This document shows, piece after piece, positions 19,041-28,570 of a stretch of 64,000 nt of DNA. A program made the position numbers and the translations under genes. The DNA comes from Polyangiaceae bacterium (GTDB lineage: Bacteria > Myxococcota_A > Polyangia > Polyangiales > Polyangiaceae): positions 2,880,001-2,944,000 of the forward strand of contig CBDCTZ010000016.1 in the NCBI GenBank assembly GCA_965222375.1, written 5' to 3'. How positions within the stretch are numbered: the first letter of the stretch is position 1; every line of letters starts with the position of its first letter. The notes under the pieces were generated by a model. It worked only from the letters and a program-made list of their open reading frames with translations, ran no database searches and had not been told where the DNA came from.

Positions 19041-21136
19041 TGGCGACGACAGGTAACACGCACTACAAGCTTGGTATCGACGTGGGCGGTACGTTCACGG
19101 ATCTGTTTCTTTGGTCTTCGAGCGGGGCGGTTGAGACCTTCAAGGTCTTGTCGACGCCGAAGGACCCGTCTGTGGGCGTCCTCAGCGGTCTGGAGACCAT
19201 CGCCAAAGCGAAGAACCTCGACACCAAAGCGTTCGCGGAGCGCGTCCGCACCATCGTGCACGGGACCACGGTGACCACGAACGCCGTGCTCACCCGCAAA
19301 GGTCCGAGTACGGGGCTGCTCACCACCCGCGGTGTGCGTGACGCCCTGGAAATGCGGCGAGGCATTCGCGAAGAGCAATACGACAACCGCTACCAAAATG
19401 TGGAGCCACTAGTGCCTCGCTACTTGCGCTTGGCGGTTGCGGGGCGACTGAATCGTGATGGCAAGGAAACGGAACCCCTTGATCTAGAGGATGTCCGAAG
19501 CGCCGTTGCCGAATTGAAGCAAGCGGGCGTGGAGGCGGTCGCAGTCTGCTTCATGAACTCTTTCGTGAACCCGGCACACGAGAAGGCCGTGGCGGAGGTG
19601 GTGCAGGCAGAGATGCCCACCGCCTTTCTGAGTGTTTCCAGCGACGTGCTACCGGTCATCCGCTTCTACAACCGCGTATCGACGACGGCCCTAAACGCCT
19701 TCAGTGGTCCGGTGCTCGATCGCTATCTGTCCAGCCTGACGGATCGGCTCGCCGCGTCTGGTTTCGGCGGCATCTTGCTGATCATGCAGTCCAGTGGCGG
19801 GGTTGCGTTGCCCGAAGTCACCCGAGCGCGGCCGGCGACCACCCTGCTGTCGGGGCCCGCCGCCGGCCCTCGTGCGGGACTCGAGTTCGCACAAGCGGCG
19901 GGCGCCGAGAGCTGCCTCGTGGTGGACATGGGCGGTACCAGCTTTGACGCCTCGCTGGTTCGGGATGGACGCGTGGAATTGAAGTCTGAAGGAGAGATCG
20001 CCAGGCTTCGTACGGCCTTGCCCATGCTGGACATCGTCACCATCGGCGCCGGAGGTGGAAGTGTTGGCTGGCTCGACGGCGGTGGGCTGTTGCGCATGGG
20101 TCCCCAATCCGCCGGAGCGGACCCGGGCCCCGCCTGCTACGGCCGCGGTGGAAAACTGCCGACCTGCACGGACGCCAATGTGCTGCTCGGCTTCTTGGAT
20201 CTCGATTCGTTTGCGGGTGGCGAGCTCAAGCTCGATCGCGCTCGGGCAGAGGCGGCCATCGACACCCACGTCGGCAAAGCTCTGAAGCTCAGCGCCGAGC
20301 GGGCGGCGGTCGGCATGTACCGAGTGATCAACTCCAACATGGCCCATGGTGTGCGTGAAATCACCATCAAGCGCGGGCTCGATCCTCGGGAGTTTCCCAT
20401 GGTCATTGCCGGTGGGGCGGGTGGCGTGCACGCCTGTCAGATCGCCGCCGAGCTCGATATCTCGAAGATAATCGTGCCAGCCTTCGCATCGACTCTATGC
20501 GCCACGGGCATGTTGCTCACGGATTTGGCCCACGACTACGTACGCTCCGCAGTCTGTCTGCTCGACGCCGCGGCATTGGGCTCCGTCGCCAGTCTCGTTC
20601 AGGAAATGTCGGCCGAGGGCGAAAGCGCCTTGGAGCAAGAGGGAGTGCCCAAAGAGCGGCGCGCCCACGAGATCGCCCTCGATATACGTTACGCCAAGCA
20701 GTACCACGAGGTCAGCGTCCGGGTGAGCGGGGACGCGCTGGCCACTGGGAATTTGGAGCAGATCAGCGAACCATTCCATGCCGAACACGATCGGCTGTAC
20801 GGCTACAATCTGCGCGAGCAGGGCACGCCGCTACAGCTCATCAACGTGCGAGTGCGTTCTGTGGGGCGAGTGGAGCCGCCGGGGATGCCGCGTGTCGAGG
20901 CGGGCGGTCAGGACCCCAGCGCAGCGCAAAGCGGACAGCGGCGCGCATTCGTGCCTGAGCGGGATGACTTCGCGCCTCTGCCGGTGTTCGACGGGCACAG
21001 GCTGCGCGCCGGCAACGTGGTGCAGGGGCCGGCGTTGATCGAGCGCACAGACACGACGTTCTTCGTGACCGAAAACTACGTTGCTCACATCGACCAGAAT
21101 GGAACAGCAGTCGTCGAACGAAGGGTAGGTGCTTGA
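19037..21136 (+). CDS. Hydantoinase/oxoprolinase family, ATP-binding A subunit (IaaCE-like component)
   Basis: GIDVGGTFTD, HGTTVTTNA, SGPAAG, DMGGTSFD, IGAGGGS, GPQSAGADPGPACYGRGG. ATGA overlap with iorB. Confidence 0.92.
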   Translation: MMATTGNTHYKLGIDVGGTFTDLFLWSSSGAVETFKVLSTPKDPSVGVLSGLETIAKAKNLDTKAFAERVRTIVHGTTVTTNAVLTRKGPSTGLLTTRGVRDALEMRRGIREEQYDNRYQNVEPLVPRYLRLAVAGRLNRDGKETEPLDLEDVRSAVAELKQAGVEAVAVCFMNSFVNPAHEKAVAEVVQAEMPTAFLSVSSDVLPVIRFYNRVSTTALNAFSGPVLDRYLSSLTDRLAASGFGGILLIMQSSGGVALPEVTRARPATTLLSGPAAGPRAGLEFAQAAGAESCLVVDMGGTSFDASLVRDGRVELKSEGEIARLRTALPMLDIVTIGAGGGSVGWLDGGGLLRMGPQSAGADPGPACYGRGGKLPTCTDANVLLGFLDLDSFAGGELKLDRARAEAAIDTHVGKALKLSAERAAVGMYRVINSNMAHGVREITIKRGLDPREFPMVIAGGAGGVHACQIAAELDISKIIVPAFASTLCATGMLLTDLAHDYVRSAVCLLDAAALGSVASLVQEMSAEGESALEQEGVPKERRAHEIALDIRYAKQYHEVSVRVSGDALATGNLEQISEPFHAEHDRLYGYNLREQGTPLQLINVRVRSVGRVEPPGMPRVEAGGQDPSAAQSGQRRAFVPERDDFAPLPVFDGHRLRAGNVVQGPALIERTDTTFFVTENYVAHIDQNGTAVVERRVGA

Positions 21137-22875
21137 TGGGCGTCGAGATCGATCCCGTTTTGGTCAGCATTCTCGGCCGCGCGTTGCGCGCGATCACGGA
21201 TGAAATGAGCATCAGCGTCGAAAAGACCGCGCGTTCTCCAATCCTGTGTGAAGCGCGGGATTTCGTCACCGGTCTATACGACGCCGAGGGACGCATGCTC
21301 GAGCAGACGGAGAATCTACCGATTCTCAGCTTCTCCCTCTCGCCGGTGTGCGAGTTCATCGCGAAACGCTTCAAGGGTAACGTCTTCCCCGGAGACGTCT
21401 TCTTTCACAATGACGTCTTTTCCCTCGGCAATCAGAACAACGACGTGGCTGCTTTCAAGCCGATCTTCGTGGAGGACACCCTCGTGGCGTGGGCCGCATG
21501 CAAGGGCCATCAGGCCGACATCGGTGGAGCCGTGCGCGGGGGTTACAACCCGAACGCTACGGAAGTCTGGCAGGAAGCCTTGCGCATTCCCGCGGTGAAG
21601 GTCGTCGAACGAGGCAAACTACGCCAGGACGTCTGGGACCTCATCTTCGCCAACATCCGTCTGACCATCGTGCAGGAGGACATGCGGGCGCAAATGGGCT
21701 CGTGCACTGTCGGCGAGCGGCGGCTGCAGACTTTGATCGAAAAGTACGGTCTAGAGGTCTTCGAGGCTCACAAGGAGGCGTTGTTCGCTTCGACTCAGAA
21801 GATGATGGAGGCCGAAATCCGGTCCATCCCAAACGGCGAGTACCGCGGCGAAGCCAAGGTCTACTACGACGGGAAGAACCCTGGCTCCGAGTATACGATC
21901 CGCGTTCGGATCAATGTCGAGGATGCGAAGATCAGCTTTGACTACTCGGAAACGGATCCGCAAACGACGGGTTTCGTCAACGGCACCTACACCTCGAGTG
22001 CGTCGGCCACCGTATTGACCTTCTTGCAGATGGTGAGCCCGGACATTCCGCACAACCACGGCATGGTGGCTCCTCTCGACATCATCATCCCCGAAGGCAC
22101 ACTGCTCAACGCCGCCTACCCGGCTGCAACGACCTTCGGCAACCACCTGTGCCCGCCCAATGCAGATGCCATCATTCGTGCCCTCGCACCTGTGATTCCA
22201 GAGCGCGTGACGGCCGGTTGGAATCAGTTGCTTTGCTCCCTTTCCACAGGTTCCGACGACGAAAAGCAGGACACCTACGTGGACATCTTCTTCATGGGCC
22301 TCAAGGGCGGCTCTGGCGCGACCAGCGATTGCGATGGCTACGACCACATCGGCATGATCGACGCGTCTGGGGGAGTGCTCGACCAGGACTACGAGATGTT
22401 CGAGCAGATGACGCCCCACTCGCTCATCGAGCACGAGTTCCTGTGCGACTCCGCCGGCCCTGGACAGTATCGCGGTGGGCTCGGCGTGCGTTCCCGTTAC
22501 CGAGTCGGAGGCTCCGGGACCAAGGTGGTCGTTTTCGGTGATGGTGACGTCGAGCCTTCCTTTGGATTGCAAGGCGGTGGTTCCGGCAGTCTCAACAAGA
22601 TCGAACTCGCGTTTCCGGATGGGACGACGCGGACGGCTCTGAGCAAAGACTTGATCGAGGATGTGCCGGCCGGCACTGAGTACGTCCAGGAGGCCGGTGG
22701 CGGCGGTGGTTACGGTCCACCGCAAGCGCGTCCCGCCGAAACCGTGCAACGGGAAGTACGTGACGGCATCATCTCCGTCGCCACTGCACGCGAGCACTAC
22801 GCGGTAGTGCTCGACCCGAGCACTTTGGAGCTCGATGTTGCGGCCACGGCGTCTCTGCGCGGAGGAGCGGGCTGA
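21136..22875 (+). CDS. Hydantoinase B/oxoprolinase family subunit (IaaCE-like component)
   Basis: TARSPIL.E..D, GDVFFHND, HQADIGG, DSAGPGQYRGG, GGGGYG.P. Confidence 0.92.
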   Translation: MGVEIDPVLVSILGRALRAITDEMSISVEKTARSPILCEARDFVTGLYDAEGRMLEQTENLPILSFSLSPVCEFIAKRFKGNVFPGDVFFHNDVFSLGNQNNDVAAFKPIFVEDTLVAWAACKGHQADIGGAVRGGYNPNATEVWQEALRIPAVKVVERGKLRQDVWDLIFANIRLTIVQEDMRAQMGSCTVGERRLQTLIEKYGLEVFEAHKEALFASTQKMMEAEIRSIPNGEYRGEAKVYYDGKNPGSEYTIRVRINVEDAKISFDYSETDPQTTGFVNGTYTSSASATVLTFLQMVSPDIPHNHGMVAPLDIIIPEGTLLNAAYPAATTFGNHLCPPNADAIIRALAPVIPERVTAGWNQLLCSLSTGSDDEKQDTYVDIFFMGLKGGSGATSDCDGYDHIGMIDASGGVLDQDYEMFEQMTPHSLIEHEFLCDSAGPGQYRGGLGVRSRYRVGGSGTKVVVFGDGDVEPSFGLQGGGSGSLNKIELAFPDGTTRTALSKDLIEDVPAGTEYVQEAGGGGGYGPPQARPAETVQREVRDGIISVATAREHYAVVLDPSTLELDVAATASLRGGAG

Positions 22876-23990
22876 TGGACTTTGCTCTGACCGAGGAGCA
22901 GACCCAGGTCCAAAAGACCTTCCACGACTTCGCGCAGCGGGAGATCCGGCCGCGCGCGCGCTCACTGGACGAAGCTCCGGAGTTTCCTCGAGAGTTGTTC
23001 GGAAAAGTCGGTGACCTCGGCTTCTTTGGCATGCGCTACCCGCCGCCGGAGGGCTCCGGCGCGAGTGTTCTGACCTACGTTCTCGCGGTCGAGGAGCTGG
23101 CCTGGGGCAGCCTGAGTGTCGCCGCTGCTTGCACCATGCAGTCCTTGATGGGCACGCACTTCTTGCAGCGCTTTGCCCCCCCGGATGTGCGCGAGCGCCT
23201 GCTAGCCCCAGCGCTGAGAGGTGAAAAGATCGGCACCATTTGCATGACCGAACCCGGCGCGGGCAGTGACCTCTTCGCCATGCAGACCCGCGCCACCGAA
23301 GGCGGAGGCAAGTATCGACTAACTGGCTCCAAGACCTGGATCACCTCCGCACCCGTCGCGGATTTCTTCACGGTGCTCGCCCGAACCGGAGAAAAATCCC
23401 TAGGGGTTTTTCTCGTGGAGCAGGGTGCGACGGGCCTAACCGTTGGCAAGAGCATCGAAAAAATGGGAGTGCGCGCCTCCCTGACCAGTGAGGTCTACCT
23501 GGAAGGCGCTGAGGCCACGTGCGCGTTGGGCGAGCCGCAGCAGGGCACGACTTACCTCAAAGAAATCCTCGCGGAGATCCGCGTCATGACGGCCGGGCTA
23601 GCCCTTGGAGTCGGCCGCGCCGCATTCGAAGAAGCCCGGGCTTGGGCCCAGGAGCGCAGTCAATTCGGCAAACCCATCGAGCGGCACCAAGCGGTTGCCG
23701 CACACCTTGCCGACATGGCCGTTGAACTCGAAGCGGCACGTCGGCTGACCTACTGGGCGGCGTGGCGCAGTGACCAGAAGATGCCGAACGCGCGCGTAGC
23801 CTCCATGGCGAAGCTGTTTGCGTCGGAGGCCGCGCTTGCCGTGTGCGACCGGGCTGCGCGCGTCCTGGCGAGCTATGGCTTTTCGGCGGAAAGCGGCGTG
23901 CAGCGCTACCTTCGGGACTGTCGCTTCTTGTTGATCGGTGGTGGCACGTCGGAAATCTTGCGAGTGAACATAGCGAGGGAGCTGCCGTGA
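22875..23990 (+). CDS. Acyl-CoA dehydrogenase (IaaF-like)
   Basis: CMTEPGAGSD, GSKTWIT, KMGVRAS, R.QFGKPI, ASMAKLFA, IGGGTSEI. Confidence 0.93.
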   Translation: MDFALTEEQTQVQKTFHDFAQREIRPRARSLDEAPEFPRELFGKVGDLGFFGMRYPPPEGSGASVLTYVLAVEELAWGSLSVAAACTMQSLMGTHFLQRFAPPDVRERLLAPALRGEKIGTICMTEPGAGSDLFAMQTRATEGGGKYRLTGSKTWITSAPVADFFTVLARTGEKSLGVFLVEQGATGLTVGKSIEKMGVRASLTSEVYLEGAEATCALGEPQQGTTYLKEILAEIRVMTAGLALGVGRAAFEEARAWAQERSQFGKPIERHQAVAAHLADMAVELEAARRLTYWAAWRSDQKMPNARVASMAKLFASEAALAVCDRAARVLASYGFSAESGVQRYLRDCRFLLIGGGTSEILRVNIARELP

Positions 23991-24382
23991 GCAAGAAGGT
24001 GCGCGTACTCGTCGCCAAGCCCGGGCTGGACGGGCACGACGTTGGAGCGAAACTCGTCTGCCGTGCGCTGATGCAAGCCGGCATGGAGGTCATCTACAGC
24101 GGTCTTCGACAGTCGCCGGCTGCCATCGCAAACACCGCGCTGCAGGAAGACGTGGACGTCATCGGATTGTCGGTCTTGTCCGGGGCACACCTGCCGCTGG
24201 TTACCAAGGTTCGGCAAGAGATGGAGCGTGCTGGCGTTGCAGACAAGATGCTCATCGTCGGTGGCAACGTACCGAAGCCCGATCACGAGGCACTGCGTCG
24301 AGAAGGTGTCGCGGAAGTGTTCCCGACCGGGACGCCGTTTTCCGACGTCGTGGACTTTCTGCGCCGAGAGGTGAGCACGTGA
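23987..24382 (+). CDS. B12-binding small subunit of acyl-CoA mutase
   Basis: AKPGLDGHDVGA (DxHxxG), GLSVLSGAH, VGG. GTGA overlap with the upstream gene. Confidence 0.93.
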   Translation: MSKKVRVLVAKPGLDGHDVGAKLVCRALMQAGMEVIYSGLRQSPAAIANTALQEDVDVIGLSVLSGAHLPLVTKVRQEMERAGVADKMLIVGGNVPKPDHEALRREGVAEVFPTGTPFSDVVDFLRREVST

Positions 24383-25980
24383 GTGAGAAGGAGCCAGGAA
24401 GGGTGATCTGGGAGTCCGGGATCGAGATTGCGCCGGTCTACACTCCCGAGCATCTCGAGCAGAGCGGCGGTGTGGCCGATCTGGGTGAGCCTGGGAAGTT
24501 CCCCTTCACGCGGGGGATCCATCCCGAGATGTATCGCAAGCGGCCTTGGACCATGCGCCAGTACTCTGGCTTCGGTACGGCCAAGGAAACCCACGAGCGA
24601 TTCCTGTACTTGATCGAGAACGGTCAGACCGGGCTCAACGTAGCTTTCGATCTTCCCACCCAGTGCGGCCTCGACTCCGACGACGCGATGGCTGAGGGCG
24701 AAGTGGGTCGCGTGGGCATGGCGGTGGATACGCTTGCGGACATGGAGGAAGCCTTCGACGGGATCGACCTCAATCGCATCACCGTGTCGCTCACCATCAA
24801 CGGTGCGGCTGTGCCGATCATGGCGATGTACTTCGCCATGGCCGAGAAGCGAGGCTTCGCCTTGAGCGAACTCCGGGGCACGGCCCAAAACGACATCCTC
24901 AAGGAGTTCATCGGGCGCGGTACATGGATATATCCCGTGGAGCCTTCGATGCGCTTGGTGGGCGATACCATCGAGTTCTGCGCCGAGAACGTGCCGCGCT
25001 ACAGCCCGGTCAGCGTGTGCGGCTATCACGTGCGCGAGTCCGGCGCGACGCCAGTGCAAGAAATGGCCTACGGCCTGGCCATGGCGCGTGCCTATGTGGA
25101 CCACGTCAAGGAACGCGGGCTTTCCGTGGACAAATTTGCTGGCGGCCTGTCCTTCAATTTCAACATCCACGGCAACATTTGGGAGCAGGTTGCCAAGTTT
25201 CGCGCCGGGCGTCGCCTGTGGGCGAAGATCTTGAAAGACGAATATGGCGCTCAGAACCCGCGCACGATGCAGTTGCGCATGATCGCGGGTGGTGGCGGCG
25301 GCGGTCTGACGATTCAACAACCCGAAAACAACATCGTGCGTGGCGCCTACTACGCACTGATTAGCGCTCTGTCGGGAACGCAGACGATGGCGCTCTGTTC
25401 CTACGACGAGGCGTACACGATTCCGAGCGAACATGCGGCGCGGATCTCCCTCCGCACCATGCAGATCTTGATGAAGGAAATGGGGCTCTGCGACACCGTC
25501 GACCCCCTAGGCGGGTCCTACTTCATCGAGACCATGACCAACGAAATGGAGCGACGCATCGCCGGTGAACTCTCGCGCCTCGACGCAGAGGGAGGCATCG
25601 TGAGAGCCGTGGCCGAGGGGCGCGTGCAAGCCGACGTCAACCGTCAAGCCTTCGAGAGCGAATGCAGAATCCAGAACGGTGAAACCCCCAAGGTTGGCGT
25701 CAACTGCTTCGTCGAAGCCGAAGAGGAACGGCCTGTGGAGTTCCATCCCTACCGGGTGGAGGAGGCCAATTCTCAGATATCGCGCTTGAAGGAGATCCGC
25801 GGCAAGCGTGATGCCTCGGCGGTGCGGGCGTGCCTGGCCTCTCTTCGCGACGACGCCGCGGAAGGCAGAAATGTGATGCCGAGCACGCTTTCCTGCGTGA
25901 AGGCCTACGCCACCGTGGGCGAAATCTGCGGCGTGCTCAAAGAAGTGTTTGGCACTTATCAAGAGCCGATCCGGTTCTGA
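24379..25980 (+). CDS. B12-dependent acyl-CoA mutase large subunit (methylmalonyl-CoA mutase family, IaaGH-like)
   Basis: PFTRGIH..MY...WTMRQYSGFG, AFDLPTQ, GTAQNDILKE..GRG, GYHVRESG, AKFRAGR, DPLGGSY. Confidence 0.93.
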   Translation: MSEKEPGRVIWESGIEIAPVYTPEHLEQSGGVADLGEPGKFPFTRGIHPEMYRKRPWTMRQYSGFGTAKETHERFLYLIENGQTGLNVAFDLPTQCGLDSDDAMAEGEVGRVGMAVDTLADMEEAFDGIDLNRITVSLTINGAAVPIMAMYFAMAEKRGFALSELRGTAQNDILKEFIGRGTWIYPVEPSMRLVGDTIEFCAENVPRYSPVSVCGYHVRESGATPVQEMAYGLAMARAYVDHVKERGLSVDKFAGGLSFNFNIHGNIWEQVAKFRAGRRLWAKILKDEYGAQNPRTMQLRMIAGGGGGGLTIQQPENNIVRGAYYALISALSGTQTMALCSYDEAYTIPSEHAARISLRTMQILMKEMGLCDTVDPLGGSYFIETMTNEMERRIAGELSRLDAEGGIVRAVAEGRVQADVNRQAFESECRIQNGETPKVGVNCFVEAEEERPVEFHPYRVEEANSQISRLKEIRGKRDASAVRACLASLRDDAAEGRNVMPSTLSCVKAYATVGEICGVLKEVFGTYQEPIRF

Positions 25981-25986
25981 GGGACC

Positions 25987-27210
25987 ATGGCAGACCAGAA
26001 CGAGAGAAAACCACAGCCAGTTGTCATCAGCGTCGAGCAGGCGCTGAGCATGAGCTACGCCACGCTGCGGTTTGCGCACTTGGGCTGGCGTGTGATTCGT
26101 GTCGAGGCAACGGCGGCGGCGGGTCGCAAGACGCCGGGGGACCCCAACCGCTATATTGGACGACCAACGGCCGGTGAAGATCGCCACAGCTATTTCGTTG
26201 CGCCCAACGTTGCGAAGCAAGCCATCGCGTTGAATCTCAAGGAAGCCCGAGGGCGGGAAGTGCTGCAGCGACTCATCACCGAACTCGACGTGGATGTGTT
26301 CTGCACCAACACCATGCCCGCGCGCCACCAAACTCTGGGTTTGGACTACGCGAGTCTGTCGAAGCTGCGTCCAGAGCTCGTGTGGTGTTGCATCTCCGCT
26401 TTGGGGCTGGCGTATCCCGACGTGCCCGGCTACGACCCCGTGTTGCAGGCGTTGACGGGGTACATGGACCTGACCGGGGAAGCGGATGGGCCGCCGCTGC
26501 AGTGCGGGCCGCCCATCATCGATCTAAAGGCCGGCGACGAAGCCTTCTCGCAGGTGATTCTGGCTCTGTACGAACGTCAATCGAGCGGGCGGGGCAGGGC
26601 CATCGATATCTCCATGGCGCAGGTGGCGACCAGCTGGCTGATGACGTTTCTCCCCATGTTGGATATGGGGAGCCCGCCTGACGAAGTCCGGCGCAGCGGC
26701 AACCAACACCGGCAGTTCATCCCAACCAACGCCTACCCGACTCGGGATGGATTCATCTACATGGCGGTCGGCAGTGATGCCCAGTGGCAGCGGCTGGTGA
26801 AGACACAGCTCTTCGCCAGCCTCGCGCAGCCCGACTTGGCCAAGAACGAGGGTCGGCGGGCGCGCAAGGACTGGTTGCACAAGGCCATAGGAGAAATCAC
26901 TACGCAGCACGATAGCGGCGCCGTTGCGAAGTGCCTTGCGGAGGCGGCCATTCCCCACGCGCCCATCACGCCCGTCGAGGGAGTGATGGAGCTGGACTAC
27001 ATTGCCAAGGCCCTGCTGCGCACCCGCACCCCTGCGGGAGGTGAGATCCGTCTGCCGCCCCCAGCGGTTAGCACCGGTTGGCTGGAGCAGCACGGCCAGA
27101 ACCTGCCGTTCGCACCCGCCTATGGCGAGCACACGAACAGTGTGCTTGCCGAGGTGGGCATGACTGAAACCGTCATCAACGAGTTGAAGCGGGATGGTGT
27201 CGTTGCCTGA
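25987..27210 (+). CDS. Family III CoA-transferase (CaiB/BaiF; IaaL-like)
   Basis: G.RVIRVE, K.AIALNLK..RG, PGYDPVLQALTGYM, PIIDLKAG (catalytic Asp), P.YGEHT..VL. Confidence 0.9.
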   Translation: MADQNERKPQPVVISVEQALSMSYATLRFAHLGWRVIRVEATAAAGRKTPGDPNRYIGRPTAGEDRHSYFVAPNVAKQAIALNLKEARGREVLQRLITELDVDVFCTNTMPARHQTLGLDYASLSKLRPELVWCCISALGLAYPDVPGYDPVLQALTGYMDLTGEADGPPLQCGPPIIDLKAGDEAFSQVILALYERQSSGRGRAIDISMAQVATSWLMTFLPMLDMGSPPDEVRRSGNQHRQFIPTNAYPTRDGFIYMAVGSDAQWQRLVKTQLFASLAQPDLAKNEGRRARKDWLHKAIGEITTQHDSGAVAKCLAEAAIPHAPITPVEGVMELDYIAKALLRTRTPAGGEIRLPPPAVSTGWLEQHGQNLPFAPAYGEHTNSVLAEVGMTETVINELKRDGVVA

Positions 27211-27230
27211 GCCAAGGAGAACTCACTTAG

Positions 27231-28091
27231 ATGTCCAGTTTCGAGTACTTCAGACCTACGAGCCTCGCTGAAGCGTTTTCACTGCAGCAGTCATCGCCGG
27301 GTGCTTGTTTCGTGGCGGGTGGGACGGACCTCCTGCTGCGGGTCCGCGAAGGTCGGCAGTCCCCCTCGGCCCTGATATCCCTACGCGGCCTGCGCGAGCT
27401 GGATGGCATTCGAGTTGGGGAGACCACGTCCATCGGCGCAATGACCCGAGTGGCTGACCTGCTCGCGAACGCTGACCTCGTCGCGACCTTCCCGGTGCTT
27501 CGAGTGGCTGCCCGCACGCTGGGCAGCGCGCAGATCCGCAACGTCGCGACCATCGGTGGCAACCTGATCAACGCCTCGCCTTGCGCTGACATGGCGCCAC
27601 CCCTTCTGGTGCACGACGCGCGGGTGTTGTTGCAGCGTGGTCAAGAGACCCGCGAACTGTCGCTTGCGGAGTTGTTTCTCGCGCCCGGCGAAACTCGGCT
27701 GCAGCCCGGCGAACTACTGAAGGCCATCCTGCTCGACCGTCCTGCCCCAGGGCGCCGAAGCAGCTTCACGAAGATACGCCGCGTCAGCATGGACATCAGC
27801 ATTGCCAGCGTGGCTGTGGCCCTGGACATGGAGGGTAGCCGTTGCGCTCGCGCGCGGGTGGCGGCCGGCTCCGTAGGGCCCCGGCCGCTGCGGCTGGTCG
27901 CGACCGAAGGATGCTTGGAGGGGGCCGAATTGGATGCAGACACAGTGGCGGGGGCGGCGGCGTGTGCAAGTGAGGAAGTCACGCCCATTACCGACGTGCG
28001 CAGCACGGTGGAGTATCGCCGACACATCATCGGCGTCTTGGTCGCCCGCGCCATCAGGGAGATTGCCCATGGAGGCTCAGCATGCGAGTAG
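27231..28091 (+). CDS. Xanthine dehydrogenase family FAD-binding subunit
   Basis: FEYFRP.SL.EA, AGGTDL, QIRNVATIGGNL.NASP.AD, D.RST.EYR. RBS AAGGAG upstream. Confidence 0.93.
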   Translation: MSSFEYFRPTSLAEAFSLQQSSPGACFVAGGTDLLLRVREGRQSPSALISLRGLRELDGIRVGETTSIGAMTRVADLLANADLVATFPVLRVAARTLGSAQIRNVATIGGNLINASPCADMAPPLLVHDARVLLQRGQETRELSLAELFLAPGETRLQPGELLKAILLDRPAPGRRSSFTKIRRVSMDISIASVAVALDMEGSRCARARVAAGSVGPRPLRLVATEGCLEGAELDADTVAGAAACASEEVTPITDVRSTVEYRRHIIGVLVARAIREIAHGGSACE

Positions 28092-28570
28092 AGGCTGCAT
28101 TTCGCGTCAACGGCCAGACCGTCAACGCCTTCATCGAACCGAGCGCTCGCCTGATCGACGTCCTGCGGGGCCCGCTGGGCCTCACCGGCACCAAGGAAGG
28201 GTGCGGCAATGGCGAATGCGGCGCTTGCACCGTGATTGTCGATGGCCGCGCTGTCAACGCGTGCCTGTTTCCAGCCATGGAGGCGGCTGACAGCGAAATC
28301 ACCACCGTGGAAGGTCTAGTCGGCGCGGGTGGCGAGCTATCGGAAGTGCAGCGTGCGTTCGTGGAGGGGGGTGCGATCCAATGCGGGTTTTGCAGCCCGG
28401 GTATGATCATGAGCAGTACAGCACTGCTGGGCAACAACCCCGATCCAAGCGAAGAGGAAATCCGTGATGCGCTGGTGGGCAACCTGTGCCGCTGCACCGG
28501 CTACACACAAATAATCGACGCGGTGCGCTTGGCCGCGAAGCGTACTCGCAAACCAGCAGGTGGGTCATGA
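28082..28570 (+). CDS. Xanthine dehydrogenase family 2x[2Fe-2S] subunit
   Basis: GTKEGCGNGECGACTV, QCGFCSPG, GNLCRCTGY. Confidence 0.95.
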   Translation: MRVEAAFRVNGQTVNAFIEPSARLIDVLRGPLGLTGTKEGCGNGECGACTVIVDGRAVNACLFPAMEAADSEITTVEGLVGAGGELSEVQRAFVEGGAIQCGFCSPGMIMSSTALLGNNPDPSEEEIRDALVGNLCRCTGYTQIIDAVRLAAKRTRKPAGGS

